Assembly: GCA_043784905.1 (NCBI GenBank)
Contig: JAYVXV010000108.1
Coordinates: 1 to 50,129 of the forward strand
Reading direction: 5' to 3'
Length of the DNA stretch: 50,129 nt
Source: Holophagaceae bacterium
Lineage (GTDB): Bacteria > Acidobacteriota > Holophagae > Holophagales > Holophagaceae
The notes beneath the pieces are model-generated. The model worked only from the letters and a program-made list of their open reading frames with translations. It did not search any database and was not told the origin of the DNA. The position numbers were made by a program, and so were the translations under genes. How positions within the stretch are numbered: position 1 is the stretch's first letter; each line of letters opens with the position of its first letter. Shown one piece after another: positions 9,689 through 20,617 of the stretch.

Positions 9689-10963
9689 TTAGGCGGGCGG
9701 ATCTCCCGGCTTCACGGTGACGTCGGGGTCGGGCTTGTCTGCGGCAGCGGTCTTGAGTGTTTGCATGGCTGCGGTGATCGTGCGGCCCTGGGCTTCGTGA
9801 TCACGAATCTCGTGGACGAGCTCGGTGGCGATCTGCGCGGATTCCGCTGCGTTGGACCCGGCACTAAGCTGTTCGTAAACCGCCTCAGCCTTCTCATCCC
9901 GCGCACGCTGCCTGGTGTCATCAACATCCTCGCCGGGCATGTCAACACGCATTTCGTACACGATCATCTGAAGTCCTGCAACGACCGGCAGGGCAAGCAG
10001 CGCGCCGAGGATGCCGAGCAGTGAGCCGCCAATGAGCAGTGCGATCAGGACCAGCGCTGGCGACATCCGCAACACGTGGCCATATAGACGCGGCACCAGG
10101 ACTCGAGACTCAAACTCCTGATAAAGGAACATCGCGATCACCACCGTGATCACGGTGGGGGCGCCATTGCCAATAGACGCGATCACAGCCGGCACACTGG
10201 CCAAGATGCCGCCGATGAACGGAATCACATCGGTAAGCCCGGCAAAAATCGAGAGCGCGAGAGCATCGGGAACGCCCAGGCCGGTCAGAAGCAAAAACGC
10301 GAAAATAGTGATGGCCGCAGAGGTGATGAGCTGGCCGCGGATGTAGCCACCCACAATCTTCTCTAGGTTGATGATGATGCGGGCCAGCCGCATGTGATAA
10401 GCGCGCGGCACCACCGCGTATAGGGCACCGCTGACGCGCTTCGCGTCGGCGATCAAGTAGATAGAAAGGAACATGGAGGACACGGCGTAGCCAATGCCCG
10501 TCAACACCTGCGACGAATAGCCGAGGAGCTTGGTGGCGGTCGCCGAAAAAATCTGATCAAGGGGCACGGTCCGCAGCGACTGCGCGATGGGCTTGCCTAC
10601 CTTGTAATCGGACAACCACACAATGAGCTTGGCGCGCTCCTTAGGCGCATTTTCGAGGATATTCAGAAGCTCGGAGATCAGGTGCGGCAGGGTCAGGAAT
10701 AGAAGGCCAGTCAGGATAGAAAAGGCGCCGATATAAACCAGCGCTAACGCCAGTGATCGCTTGATCCCTCGACTCTCTAACGAGTGCACCAGCGGCATCA
10801 TGGCACCGGCGATGATCAGTGCGACCAGCATGACGAGGACAACATTCCAGAGGGCCTGGAGCAGCCAGACCATGAAGACCGCTAGCAAGATGGACAGGAT
10901 CGTCCTAGGCGCGATCTCGATGCTGAGCACCCGCTTACGGTCGTCCGGAGTCGGCAGTTCCAT
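9689..10963 (-). CDS. AI-2E family transporter (PerM/UPF0118)
   Basis: 424 aa, polytopic, with the family-typical central and C-terminal TM block (GLTDVIPFIGGILASVPAVI). It also has a hydrophilic C-terminal tail of about 70 aa. Confidence 0.8.
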   Translation of the reverse strand: MELPTPDDRKRVLSIEIAPRTILSILLAVFMVWLLQALWNVVLVMLVALIIAGAMMPLVHSLESRGIKRSLALALVYIGAFSILTGLLFLTLPHLISELLNILENAPKERAKLIVWLSDYKVGKPIAQSLRTVPLDQIFSATATKLLGYSSQVLTGIGYAVSSMFLSIYLIADAKRVSGALYAVVPRAYHMRLARIIINLEKIVGGYIRGQLITSAAITIFAFLLLTGLGVPDALALSIFAGLTDVIPFIGGILASVPAVIASIGNGAPTVITVVIAMFLYQEFESRVLVPRLYGHVLRMSPALVLIALLIGGSLLGILGALLALPVVAGLQMIVYEMRVDMPGEDVDDTRQRARDEKAEAVYEQLSAGSNAAESAQIATELVHEIRDHEAQGRTITAAMQTLKTAAADKPDPDVTVKPGDPPA

Positions 10964-11007
10964 GGCCCACTATGCCACGAGGTCAGTCGCTGGGAAATCC
11001 CGCTGTC

Positions 11008-11811
11008 CTAGGTATCGCTCTGTGTCGCCAGCCAGTCTCGAAGAGCCGCGTTGAAAGCTTCGGCGCGCTCAAAGGCCACGAGATGGCCGGCCCCAGAGAT
11101 CAGTCTTAGGTCGGCTCCGGGGATGGCTTTCGTCATTTCCTCGGATTCGCTGAAAGGGATGAGTGTGTCCTCGGTCCCAGCGATGACCAGGGTGGGCACC
11201 TTGATTTGGCTCAGGGATTCGCGAGCATCGGGCCGATCCGCCATGCCCAGCAATGCGCCGATCACGCCCGCGGGGGTCGAAGGCGCCATCAGGGCGCGCA
11301 CGGACTCGATCATGGCCGCGTCATTATTCCCGGGGGCGAGCATCTTAGGCACCATACCTGTGACGAGACCCACGGTGCCCTCCGTTTTGATGTTCTCCGC
11401 CGTGGCTCGGCGACCGGTGGCGGCCTCAGGCGTATCGGCTCCGGCCCGCGTCCCCACCAGCACCAAGCCCTTCAATAGCTCCGGGTAGGCCTTGGCGAAA
11501 GCGATAGCCACGTAGCCGCCCATGGAATGACCCACGAGGATCACAGAGTCCACCTCTAGGTCGAGCAACAGGGCGCGCAGGTCTTCGGCGAAGCGGAACA
11601 TTGAAGTCGGTCCCGCATCTGGACTGGCTTCGCTCTCGCCAAAGCCCCGCAGATCCGGCGCAATGACGCGCCGAGATCCACCGAAAGCCTCCACCTGGCG
11701 GGACCAGGCGCCGCGGCTTAGCGGGAACCCGTGAACCAATAGAATCGGGGCGACCCCGTGCGGCCCCTCGTCCGTAAAGGCGATCTGGACACCGTTCACG
11801 GTTGTGCGCAT
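11008..11811 (-). CDS. Alpha/beta hydrolase fold protein
   Basis: Oxyanion HG (LLVHGFPLS) and nucleophile elbow GHSMGG. The ATG at 11809-11811 is preceded by AGGAGA. The GTG at 11850 is a possible longer start. Confidence 0.8.
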   Translation of the reverse strand: MRTTVNGVQIAFTDEGPHGVAPILLVHGFPLSRGAWSRQVEAFGGSRRVIAPDLRGFGESEASPDAGPTSMFRFAEDLRALLLDLEVDSVILVGHSMGGYVAIAFAKAYPELLKGLVLVGTRAGADTPEAATGRRATAENIKTEGTVGLVTGMVPKMLAPGNNDAAMIESVRALMAPSTPAGVIGALLGMADRPDARESLSQIKVPTLVIAGTEDTLIPFSESEEMTKAIPGADLRLISGAGHLVAFERAEAFNAALRDWLATQSDT

Positions 11812-11884
11812 GGGATCTCCTGTCCTATATTCGCAGGGCCTTAAGGACACGGGAGCTAATTCAGAATTCGATGCTCGCAGTTGA

Positions 11885-13957
<2,073 letters not shown>

Positions 13958-14149
13958 GCTGGATTTCCGGTTGTGCTCAAAGAAAAGGTTTCGGGCATCA
14001 GACGTCAGGCCTCGTTGCTGTGGGTCGCTTCGCATATTTGCAGTACGGAATGCCCCATTCAAAACCAACAATGAAGCCCGAGACCTGAAGGCAGTTGAAA
14101 GGGGATGCAACCGCAAAATCCGAGTTAGCGACCCCGAATTTTCGTCCCC

Positions 14150-14178
14150 AAAAAAAGCCCGCAAAAGCGGGCCTTTTT
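14150..14178. terminator. Bidirectional intrinsic terminator downstream of the HU gene
   Basis: The sequence aaaaaaa-gcccgc-aaaa-gcgggc-cttttt has its stem at 14157-14162 / 14167-14172. Confidence 0.65.
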
Positions 14179-14193
14179 CGGAGCGAGAAAAAC

Positions 14194-14493
14194 TTACTTC
14201 TTCTTGGCGGCGCCCTTCTTTTGCGCAGAGGCGGGCTTGAAACCAACGCTCTTGGACGCGGCGATCTTGATGGCATCGCCGGTTTGCGGATTGCGGCCGG
14301 TGCGGGCTTTGCGCTCTTTCAGGCTGAAGGTGCCGAAGCCGAAGATGCTGACGCGGGAACCTGAGTGCACGGACTTTCCGATGTGCTCGAAGGATTCCTT
14401 CATCGCATCGTAGGCGGCCGACTTGGAGCAGCCGAGTTCTTCGGCCATCTTGTCGGATAGATCGCGGAGGGAAAGGTTTTCGGCCTTGGCCAT
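14194..14493 (-). CDS. hup: HU family DNA-binding protein with Lys-rich C-terminal tail
   Basis: 99 aa containing the HU arm motif GFGTFSLKERKARTGRNPQTGDAIKIAASK. The tail reads SAQKKGAAKKK. Confidence 0.9.
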   Translation of the reverse strand: MAKAENLSLRDLSDKMAEELGCSKSAAYDAMKESFEHIGKSVHSGSRVSIFGFGTFSLKERKARTGRNPQTGDAIKIAASKSVGFKPASAQKKGAAKKK

Positions 14494-14661
14494 GTGAGTC
14501 TCCTTGAGAGGGGGGTTGAACCCATCTTAGGATCAGGTCCGCGTTGGCGAAAGCCCTGTATTTGGGCAGGCGCCGCCTTTTTTTGGGTACTTGGCTCAAA
14601 ATCGGCGAACCTGGACAAATCCACGACAGATGACCATGGTTCAATTTCGGGTTCAAATTCA

Positions 14662-15860
14662 ATGTTGAGTTTCCCACCCAAAATCTCAAAGAATCAGGCC
14701 CGGCGCTTGCTTATGGGGGCTCAGGGTTTGTTGGATGACCCCGCCCGCGCGGGGGGAAAGCGACCCTGTCCAAGCTGATCCGCAAATTGGGCTTTGTTCA
14801 GATGGACTCCATCAATGTGGTGGAAAGAGCCCACCATCTGACCCTTCACAGCCGACTGGATGGGTACAAACAGAATCATTTTTCGCAGCTTTTGGAGGAG
14901 GATCGTTTCCTTTTCGAGCATTGGACCCACGATGCCTCGGCCATCCCAGTGGAATGGTTTGACCACTGGAAGCCTCGCTTCCGGCGGGACCAAGCGCGCA
15001 TTCACAACCAGGCCTGGTGGCAGCGTCACTTCCAAGGCGTCAAAGGTGAGCAGGTTATTGCACAGGTTCTGGAGCGCATCACCACGGAGGGCCCGCTGAA
15101 AAGCGCGGACTTTGAACACCCTGAAAAGCGCGGTCCCTGGTGGGGCTGGAAGCCACAGAAAGCCGCGCTGGATTTTCTCTGGCTTAGCGGTGAACTGGCC
15201 ATCGTAAGGCGCGTGAATTTTCACAAGGTCTACGACCTGACCGAGCGTGTGTTGCCGACCCATCACGACCTTCCCGAGCCCGATGAAGAAGCCCATGTCC
15301 ATTGGGCCTGCTCCACGGCCATGGACCGCCTGGCCGTGGCAACGCCCAAAGAACTGGCAGATTTTTGGGATGTCATTGAGGTGGCTCAGGCCAAGGCTTG
15401 GTGTGAGGAGAAAGTGAAAGAGGGTCGCATCGCCATGGTTCATGTCGAATCAGGGGATGGAGACAAGCCGCGTTCCTCCTATGCCCTAGGGGATTGGGAA
15501 ACGAGATTGCAGCAACTCCCCGAAGCGCCCGACCGAACGCGGCTGCTCTGTCCCTTCGATCCCGTGCTACGGGACCGTTCGCGGGCGCTGCGACTCTTTA
15601 ATTTCGACTACCGATTCGAGGCCTTCGTCCCAGAAAGCAAGCGTACCCACGGGTATTTCGTCCTGCCCCTTCTCGAAGGGGAAACCCTCACGGGACGCCT
15701 GGATCCAAAATTCCATCGGGACAAAGGCCTGCTGGAAATCAAAGGCCTTTGGTGGGAGCAAGGGATCAAGGCCACCCAACAGCGTAAGAAGGCCCTGGAA
15801 GCGGCCGTGGCGCGACTGGCGACATTCATCGGCGCGGAGCGCTATGCGATGCCTGGGTGA
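14662..15860 (+). pseudogene. YcaQ/AlkZ-like winged-helix DNA glycosylase family gene, interrupted by a frameshift at a G6 run
   Basis: The N-terminal 30 aa (MLSFPPKISKNQARRLLMGAQGLLDDPARAGG) are in frame 1 from the ATG at 14662. The rest (KATLSKLIRKLGFVQMDSINVVERAHHL...) is in the frame of ORF 14787-15860. The frames join if G6 at 14751-14756 is read as G7. Confidence 0.7.
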
Positions 15861-15868
15861 ATGGGCAA

Positions 15869-15907
15869 TTCAAAAAGATCAAAAGAAACCGCAGATGACG
15901 CAGACCC
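15869..15907. repeat. Word-arm element, one-armed or truncated copy
   Basis: The sequence ttcaaaaagatcaaaagaaaccgcagatgacgcagaccc matches the left termini at 1575 and 33366 (TTCAAAAAGATAAAA..CCRCAGAT). No clear right arm is present. Confidence 0.4.
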
Positions 15908-15934
15908 ACGGAGTTGAAAAACCGCGAAGCGGGA

Positions 15935-16558
15935 TTAAAGTCCCATCCGGGTGATCATCAATCCGTATAACGCCCCCGCCAACTGCGCGACCCGGCCATG
16001 CGACTTGGACCAATCCACCCGCTGGATCAGGCGATCTAAAGACGCTGGCTGATACCTTTCGCGCCCCACAAAGTAGAAAATCATGTTGGTCCGACCGTAC
16101 CCGACCGCCCTCATGCCCAGCCGCTCGAGGATGCGACGGCTGGCCGCATTCCCCTGGTCCACGTAAGCGCCGACTCCTTGCACGCTCCTCTGCGTGAACA
16201 GGTGATTCAGCAAGGCCCTCGATGCGCCCAGCGCGTAGCCTTGCCCACGAAAATCCGGGTGGATGGCGTAAACAATCTGCCCGCATCGGTTCGCCGGAGT
16301 GTTGTCCCAATAAACCACCATGCCGATGGCCTGGTCGCTCCCGTGCGGGATCAGCAAGTAGAAAGGGAATGCGGCCTTCGCCTTAAGCCGTTCTGCGAAT
16401 TGTCGGATGCTGATGGTAGGCGGAAACGCCAATCCGGCCTTGATGTCCGGCACGGCAAGCAGCTCGAAGGCCTGGGCCAAGGTGGCCTCGTTCCCCACTG
16501 GCACCAGCCTGACTCGCGGAGTCTGGAGCGTCGCGCAGCCTGAGATCTGGAATTCCAT
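15935..16558 (-). CDS. GNAT family N-acetyltransferase (RimJ/RimL-like)
   Basis: 207 aa with GNAT core IHPDFRGQGYALGASRALLNHLF and ASRRILERLGM. The last 25 aa or so may be a read-through into repeat-derived sequence. Confidence 0.7.
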   Translation of the reverse strand: MEFQISGCATLQTPRVRLVPVGNEATLAQAFELLAVPDIKAGLAFPPTISIRQFAERLKAKAAFPFYLLIPHGSDQAIGMVVYWDNTPANRCGQIVYAIHPDFRGQGYALGASRALLNHLFTQRSVQGVGAYVDQGNAASRRILERLGMRAVGYGRTNMIFYFVGRERYQPASLDRLIQRVDWSKSHGRVAQLAGALYGLMITRMGL

Positions 16559-16633
16559 GCTCCCTACCGATTTGGTTTGCGGGTTGGTGACTCAACTCAA
16601 CCTAAGCAGACGCAGGGAGATTTCAAGAATCAA

Positions 16634-16650
16634 CGGGCAGTAAATGCCCG
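16634..16650 (-). terminator. Possible terminator hairpin downstream of holB
   Basis: The hairpin cgggca-gtaaa-tgcccg lies 38 nt downstream of the holB stop. On the minus strand it is followed by ttgattcttg, only a partial U-tract. Confidence 0.3.
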
Positions 16651-16687
16651 ATCTCGCACGAATTTGTGATGCCAGGAACAGCCGGTG

Positions 16688-17713
16688 TCAGCGTGGATTC
16701 TGGTCCGAGAGGGACATCCCGATCGTGCGTAGCATGAGATCTGGCGACGGATTGCGTGGTAGGTGGCGCAGAGATTGGTAGACCAGATCCTGCGCTTGTT
16801 TCAAATCCACCGTCGAGTCGGCGAGCTGCGCCAGGCCCTTCTCCCAGGCCCGAAGCGACACGACGCCACCGCTTCGAAGGCGAGCCGAGTCATTGAGAAT
16901 CGCCAGCAGCAGTTCCAGGGGTTGACGCACCTGTTCGCTGACGCCTTGATCTGAATCCCGATCCGGCAGCAGAGGCCCCGCCGCATCGCGAAAAGAAGCG
17001 CCTGCAGCGAGGCGTAACCAGGCCTCTATTTGCGTACTGGCGCGCAGGTAGGATTCCCGCTCCAGGAATCGCAGCGAGCCGCCGGAAAGGGCCGACCAAG
17101 CCTCGCGCTCCGGGTCTTCCCACCCCGCGTCCTTGGCCACGGCCCAGGCTTCATCCAGGGCCAGGGGCGCAAACGGAATGCGCTCGCAGCGAGAACGAAT
17201 GGTTTGCAACATGGATTCGGGGCGATGGGTGACCAACAGAAAATGGGTACCTGGCGGCGGTTCTTCAAGGGTCTTCAGCAGCATATTGGCGCTGGCGCCA
17301 TTGAGCCGATGAGCATCTTCGATGAGCACCCAGCGATGGCATTTCGGCGGCGGCGCCATGGAAACCCATTGGAGGACGCCGCCTTCCACGAGATCTGAAT
17401 CGCGGATGGCGCCGATCTTGATGAGGCCCGCCTTACCCTCGGGGGCGATACGTAAAAAATTGGGCAATTCCAGGGGAAGTGGGTCAGTCTGGAAAACTTT
17501 ACAGCCCTCACAGACCCCGCAGGCGCTGCGTTTGAAGCAGAGTTCACGCTGGGCTAATTCGATGGCCACGCGACGTTTGCCGATGCCCTCGATGCCTGCG
17601 AAAAGGAGCGAGCCGGGGAGTTTCCCCGCCTGGGATCGAGTGAATAATTTCTGACGGATGGCTCGATGGCCGATGAACTTATCATCAAACCCGGTGAATT
17701 TTTCATCAAACAA
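16688..17713 (-). CDS. holB: DNA polymerase III subunit delta'
   Basis: AAA+ region SLLFAGIEGIGKRRVA, zinc module CGVCEGCKVF, and VLIEDAHRLN. I chose the TTG at 17713 (8-nt overlap with tmk) because the ATG at 17779 would overlap tmk by 74 nt. The start is uncertain. Confidence 0.75.
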   Translation of the reverse strand: MFDEKFTGFDDKFIGHRAIRQKLFTRSQAGKLPGSLLFAGIEGIGKRRVAIELAQRELCFKRSACGVCEGCKVFQTDPLPLELPNFLRIAPEGKAGLIKIGAIRDSDLVEGGVLQWVSMAPPPKCHRWVLIEDAHRLNGASANMLLKTLEEPPPGTHFLLVTHRPESMLQTIRSRCERIPFAPLALDEAWAVAKDAGWEDPEREAWSALSGGSLRFLERESYLRASTQIEAWLRLAAGASFRDAAGPLLPDRDSDQGVSEQVRQPLELLLAILNDSARLRSGGVVSLRAWEKGLAQLADSTVDLKQAQDLVYQSLRHLPRNPSPDLMLRTIGMSLSDQNPR

Positions 17714-18398
17714 GGGCGTACCCCGCGTTCCGCAACAATGGGGCCACGCGATGCCAGATGGCGTCTTCCACTTCTCCAAAACCTTGTCGAGCAGGGATCA
17801 CCGCCACGCGCTGGGGATCGCCTTGAGCGATGGCTAAAAACCTAGCGCGGACCCGGCGATGGAAATCCAGATGAGCCTCGTCGAACCTAGTCTCTTTGAA
17901 CTCATCACCCAACGCGAGATTGCGCACTTCTACCCGTTGCAAACTGACTTCAGGATCCATGTCCAATAGAAGTGTGAGGTGGGGTTTGAGGCGACCCAGC
18001 ACGAGCTCATGAAGTCGGTCCAGCACATTTTCCGTCACACCCGAGGCGCCTTGGTAGGCCCGGGTGCTGTCCTCGAAACGATCAATGAGCACGATCTTTC
18101 CCGCCTCCATGGCAGGGCGGATGACCTTGGCGAGATGCTGAGCGCGATCCGCGTAAAAGAGCAGTAACTCGGCTTCAGCGCACCAAGTCTCACCGCTGGG
18201 GTGGGCGGTCAGCAATAGGCTGCGGATGTCCCGGCCCAGGGCCGTGCCGCCGGGTTCCTTGGACACGACCACGGGTAGTCCCAGGCGGCGCAACCGCTCC
18301 GACAGGCGCAGCAATTGGGTGGATTTGCCCGACCCCTCTACTCCCTCTGCGGTGATGAGTACGCCCGACAAACCTTCCTCCGATGGATCTTCGAGCAT
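17706..18398 (-). CDS. tmk: Thymidylate (dTMP) kinase
   Basis: P-loop ITAEGVEGSGKSTQ and a LID/DRF region (LIDRFEDSTRAYQG). 230 aa. The tmk-holB order is typical synteny. Confidence 0.9.
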   Translation of the reverse strand: MLEDPSEEGLSGVLITAEGVEGSGKSTQLLRLSERLRRLGLPVVVSKEPGGTALGRDIRSLLLTAHPSGETWCAEAELLLFYADRAQHLAKVIRPAMEAGKIVLIDRFEDSTRAYQGASGVTENVLDRLHELVLGRLKPHLTLLLDMDPEVSLQRVEVRNLALGDEFKETRFDEAHLDFHRRVRARFLAIAQGDPQRVAVIPARQGFGEVEDAIWHRVAPLLRNAGYALV

Positions 18399-18402
18399 AG
18401 CG

Positions 18403-18430
18403 GAGACATCACAGAGGCACCGCAGAGACG
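18403..18430. repeat. Word-arm element fragment (words CACAGAG/CGCAGAG)
   Basis: The sequence gagacatcacagaggcaccgcagagacg lies immediately upstream of the tmk start. It has the same word type as 43775-43804. No partner arm was found. Confidence 0.3.
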
Positions 18431-18492
18431 TAGGGGAGAGGCTCCTTGCTGCATGAAGGCGGAAATGGGCCTAAGATGGGCCGGAGATCCCT

Positions 18493-19881
18493 TTGGAGAG
18501 CACCGTGGCCGAATCCGTTCATTGCCCGAACTGCGCCACCCACTATGCCCTGCGGCCACCTCGCGTGATGACTCGCCATCGCCGGGCCAAGTGCTTCCGC
18601 TGCGATTCCATTTTCAGCATCACGGATCAGGTTCATCTCTTGATGGGAAAGGGTGTCCCAAGCCATGAAACCTCAGCCGAGCCAACGGCGGCCACGGCAG
18701 CATCGAGGGCCGAGGGCGCTGAAACCATGGGGATTGACCCGCACATTCTTACGGTGCACACCGTCTCCACCACCGGCATAAACCCTGAGGACGTACTGGC
18801 CATCCATGACTTTGAAATCACTGGGGACCATCTACCAGCCCGCTCCGATTCGGCCGCCACTCAGGCAACGGATCCGCTCCTGGGTGATTCGCATGAACCC
18901 GTGCCCAGCCTGACCCTTCACGATCTGGATGAGCCCGAAAGCGCCATGGAAAAGACCCTGATCCTTGCGCCGGGTGCTCATCTTAATCCACACCCTCATT
19001 CCGCGCCGCTCCCAACCCATGCCGCCGACCAGCTCGATGCCATGGGCCTAATGCCCCTACCCCCAGCGGAAGCCCATGTGGAAGAAGAGTCCGCTCCCGG
19101 GACCGGAACCTACAGTTCAGCAAGGGATGCCATTGATAAGCTGTTATCCGGGACACCAACTCCCCAGAGGCAACGCCTGCCTTCGTTGGGCCGGGCCAGC
19201 CATCCCATGGATCTGGAGCAGAGTCTCAGCGCGCTGGAAGCCACGCTCGGCGGCACGCGAGCCATGCCGCCATTGGAAGAAGTTGGGTCCACGATGATGC
19301 TCTCTCCCAAGGAGCTGGATCGCGCCATGATCGCGCAGACCTCAGATCCCGAGCCCACGGCCACCACGCGACATCTGAGCCCAGAAGACCTGCCTTTGGA
19401 AAACACGCCGCTGGACGATGCACCCATGGCGCCCACCATGATGATGAATTTATCTGAGCTGATGCCACCCCAGGGAAACATGGCCGCCACCTTGTCCGGC
19501 CTGAAGCCCGCGCCGATGATCGCTCCCGCTCCTGTGTCAATGGCGGCTCCTGAAATGGCCACGGCCTATATCCCGCGACAGACTGAATCGGTAGTCAACG
19601 ATCCGAATCTGCTGAAAGTTCAACTAGAACAGGACACCCTTTCCAACGTGGGCATGGATCAGCTCATCCAAATGGTTGAGCAGGGTCGCGTGAAGGACTA
19701 CCACCTGGTGGCTCGTCAGTTCAGCGAGAACTGGCTTGAAGCCAGCAAAGTCCCGGCTCTGCGTCCCGTTTTCGAGCGTATGCGTCGCATCACCCAGATG
19801 GGCCCAGCACCTGTGATGCCCTCGGAAACCGCACCGGTGAAGAAGAGTCTTTTCGGTGGATTGTTCGGCGGGAAGAGTTAG
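18493..19881 (+). CDS. MJ0042-type zinc-ribbon protein with long Pro/Ala/Met-rich disordered region and C-terminal GYF_2-like domain
   Basis: N-terminus VHCPNCATHYAL...AKCFRCDSIFSI (zinc ribbon, two CxxC pairs). About 330 aa of low complexity follow. C-terminus LKVQLEQDTLSNVGMDQLIQMVEQGRVKDYHLVARQFSENWLEASKVPAL. The start is TTG 18493 or GTG 18505. Confidence 0.6.
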   Translation: MESTVAESVHCPNCATHYALRPPRVMTRHRRAKCFRCDSIFSITDQVHLLMGKGVPSHETSAEPTAATAASRAEGAETMGIDPHILTVHTVSTTGINPEDVLAIHDFEITGDHLPARSDSAATQATDPLLGDSHEPVPSLTLHDLDEPESAMEKTLILAPGAHLNPHPHSAPLPTHAADQLDAMGLMPLPPAEAHVEEESAPGTGTYSSARDAIDKLLSGTPTPQRQRLPSLGRASHPMDLEQSLSALEATLGGTRAMPPLEEVGSTMMLSPKELDRAMIAQTSDPEPTATTRHLSPEDLPLENTPLDDAPMAPTMMMNLSELMPPQGNMAATLSGLKPAPMIAPAPVSMAAPEMATAYIPRQTESVVNDPNLLKVQLEQDTLSNVGMDQLIQMVEQGRVKDYHLVARQFSENWLEASKVPALRPVFERMRRITQMGPAPVMPSETAPVKKSLFGGLFGGKS

Positions 19882-20013
19882 GTTGCCGAACGGCAATTTT
19901 CACGCGAGGCTTCAGGCCCAAAGCCAAAAGTCGGCCACCCTCGGACTGTATTCAGGAACTGGAAAGCCGAAGCCCGCATTCAGGCTTAGTACCGTCATGT
20001 CATTGGAGATCCC

Positions 20014-20535
20014 ATGAGCATCTTGGCCCTTTGTTTTTTGCTTGCCCTGCAAGACAAGCCCGCGCCACCCAGCGAACCCAAACCCATCGCGCCCCAAGTG
20101 GAGCCCGCCAAACAGGAAACGACGCCAAAACCTACGCCCCAGCCCGCGCCGGAACAACCCTTGAGTTTCTTTAGTGAAAATTTGCCCTACCACTGGAATC
20201 AAACGATTCCGCTGACCATCAATGTGGACGGCCTCAAGGTGACCTCCATTTCCTTCGCGAGAAGGGAGCCGAAAACCAAGTTCCTTCAAGGCCCTGACTA
20301 CGGTAGCCGAGCCCTCATCGAGGTCACCAACACCGCCGCGAAACCGCGCACACCCGGCTTCGCGGTGGCGGTCTTTGACAAAGATGGACGGCTCCTTGGC
20401 GCCGCCAACGGAGGCACCAAAATCGGCACGGTCAAACCCGGTGGCACCGAAACTTTCGAGCTGAGTTTCTTCCAAGTGAAAGAGCGCTTACCCCGTGGTG
20501 ATCACTATGTCTTGAGTGTGGAACTGAGGGACTGA
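20014..20535 (+). CDS. Exported hypothetical protein (Pro-rich linker plus beta-rich domain)
   Basis: GGAGA lies upstream of the ATG. There is a short hydrophobic N-terminus MSILALCFLLAL, a PAPPSEPKP-type linker, and a beta-strand-like C-terminal half. No family is recognised. Confidence 0.55.
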   Translation: MSILALCFLLALQDKPAPPSEPKPIAPQVEPAKQETTPKPTPQPAPEQPLSFFSENLPYHWNQTIPLTINVDGLKVTSISFARREPKTKFLQGPDYGSRALIEVTNTAAKPRTPGFAVAVFDKDGRLLGAANGGTKIGTVKPGGTETFELSFFQVKERLPRGDHYVLSVELRD

Positions 20536-20542
20536 TCAGGTT

Positions 20543-20617
20543 GTGAGGTGGTGAGGGATGAGGTACGAGGAAGCACCATTGCGTGCTCGTACCTCATAAC
20601 TCACCCCTCGTACCTCA
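20543..20617. repeat. Word-arm palindromic element (words GAGGTACGAGG / CCTCGTACCTC)
   Basis: Left arm gtgaggtggtgagggatgaggtacgagg (20543-20570), 15-nt core, right arm ctcgtacctcataactcacccctcgtacctca (20586-20617). The right arm ends on the stop codon of the heptose kinase gene (20615-20617). Confidence 0.75.

Noticed and set aside
13990-14091. Possible additional repeat-family member downstream of fadH (gtcaggcctcg ... cgagacctgaa)
   Set aside because: It matches only 9 of 11 positions in an inverted repeat with a 65-nt spacer. It lacks the A-rich and T-rich termini and the tandem words, so it cannot be distinguished from chance by eye.
14751-14756. Programmed -1 ribosomal frameshifting as the primary explanation for the split YcaQ-like gene
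   Set aside because: The heptamer fits formally, but I see no obvious downstream stimulatory structure and this family is not known to use recoding. A homopolymer length error or a true mutation is more parsimonious. It is retained only as a minor alternative in the finding.
19882-19900. Terminator after the zinc-ribbon/GYF gene (ttgcc-gaac-ggcaa-tttt)
   Set aside because: The stem is only 5 bp with a 4-T tract, and the next gene is on the same strand 113 nt downstream. It is too weak to call.
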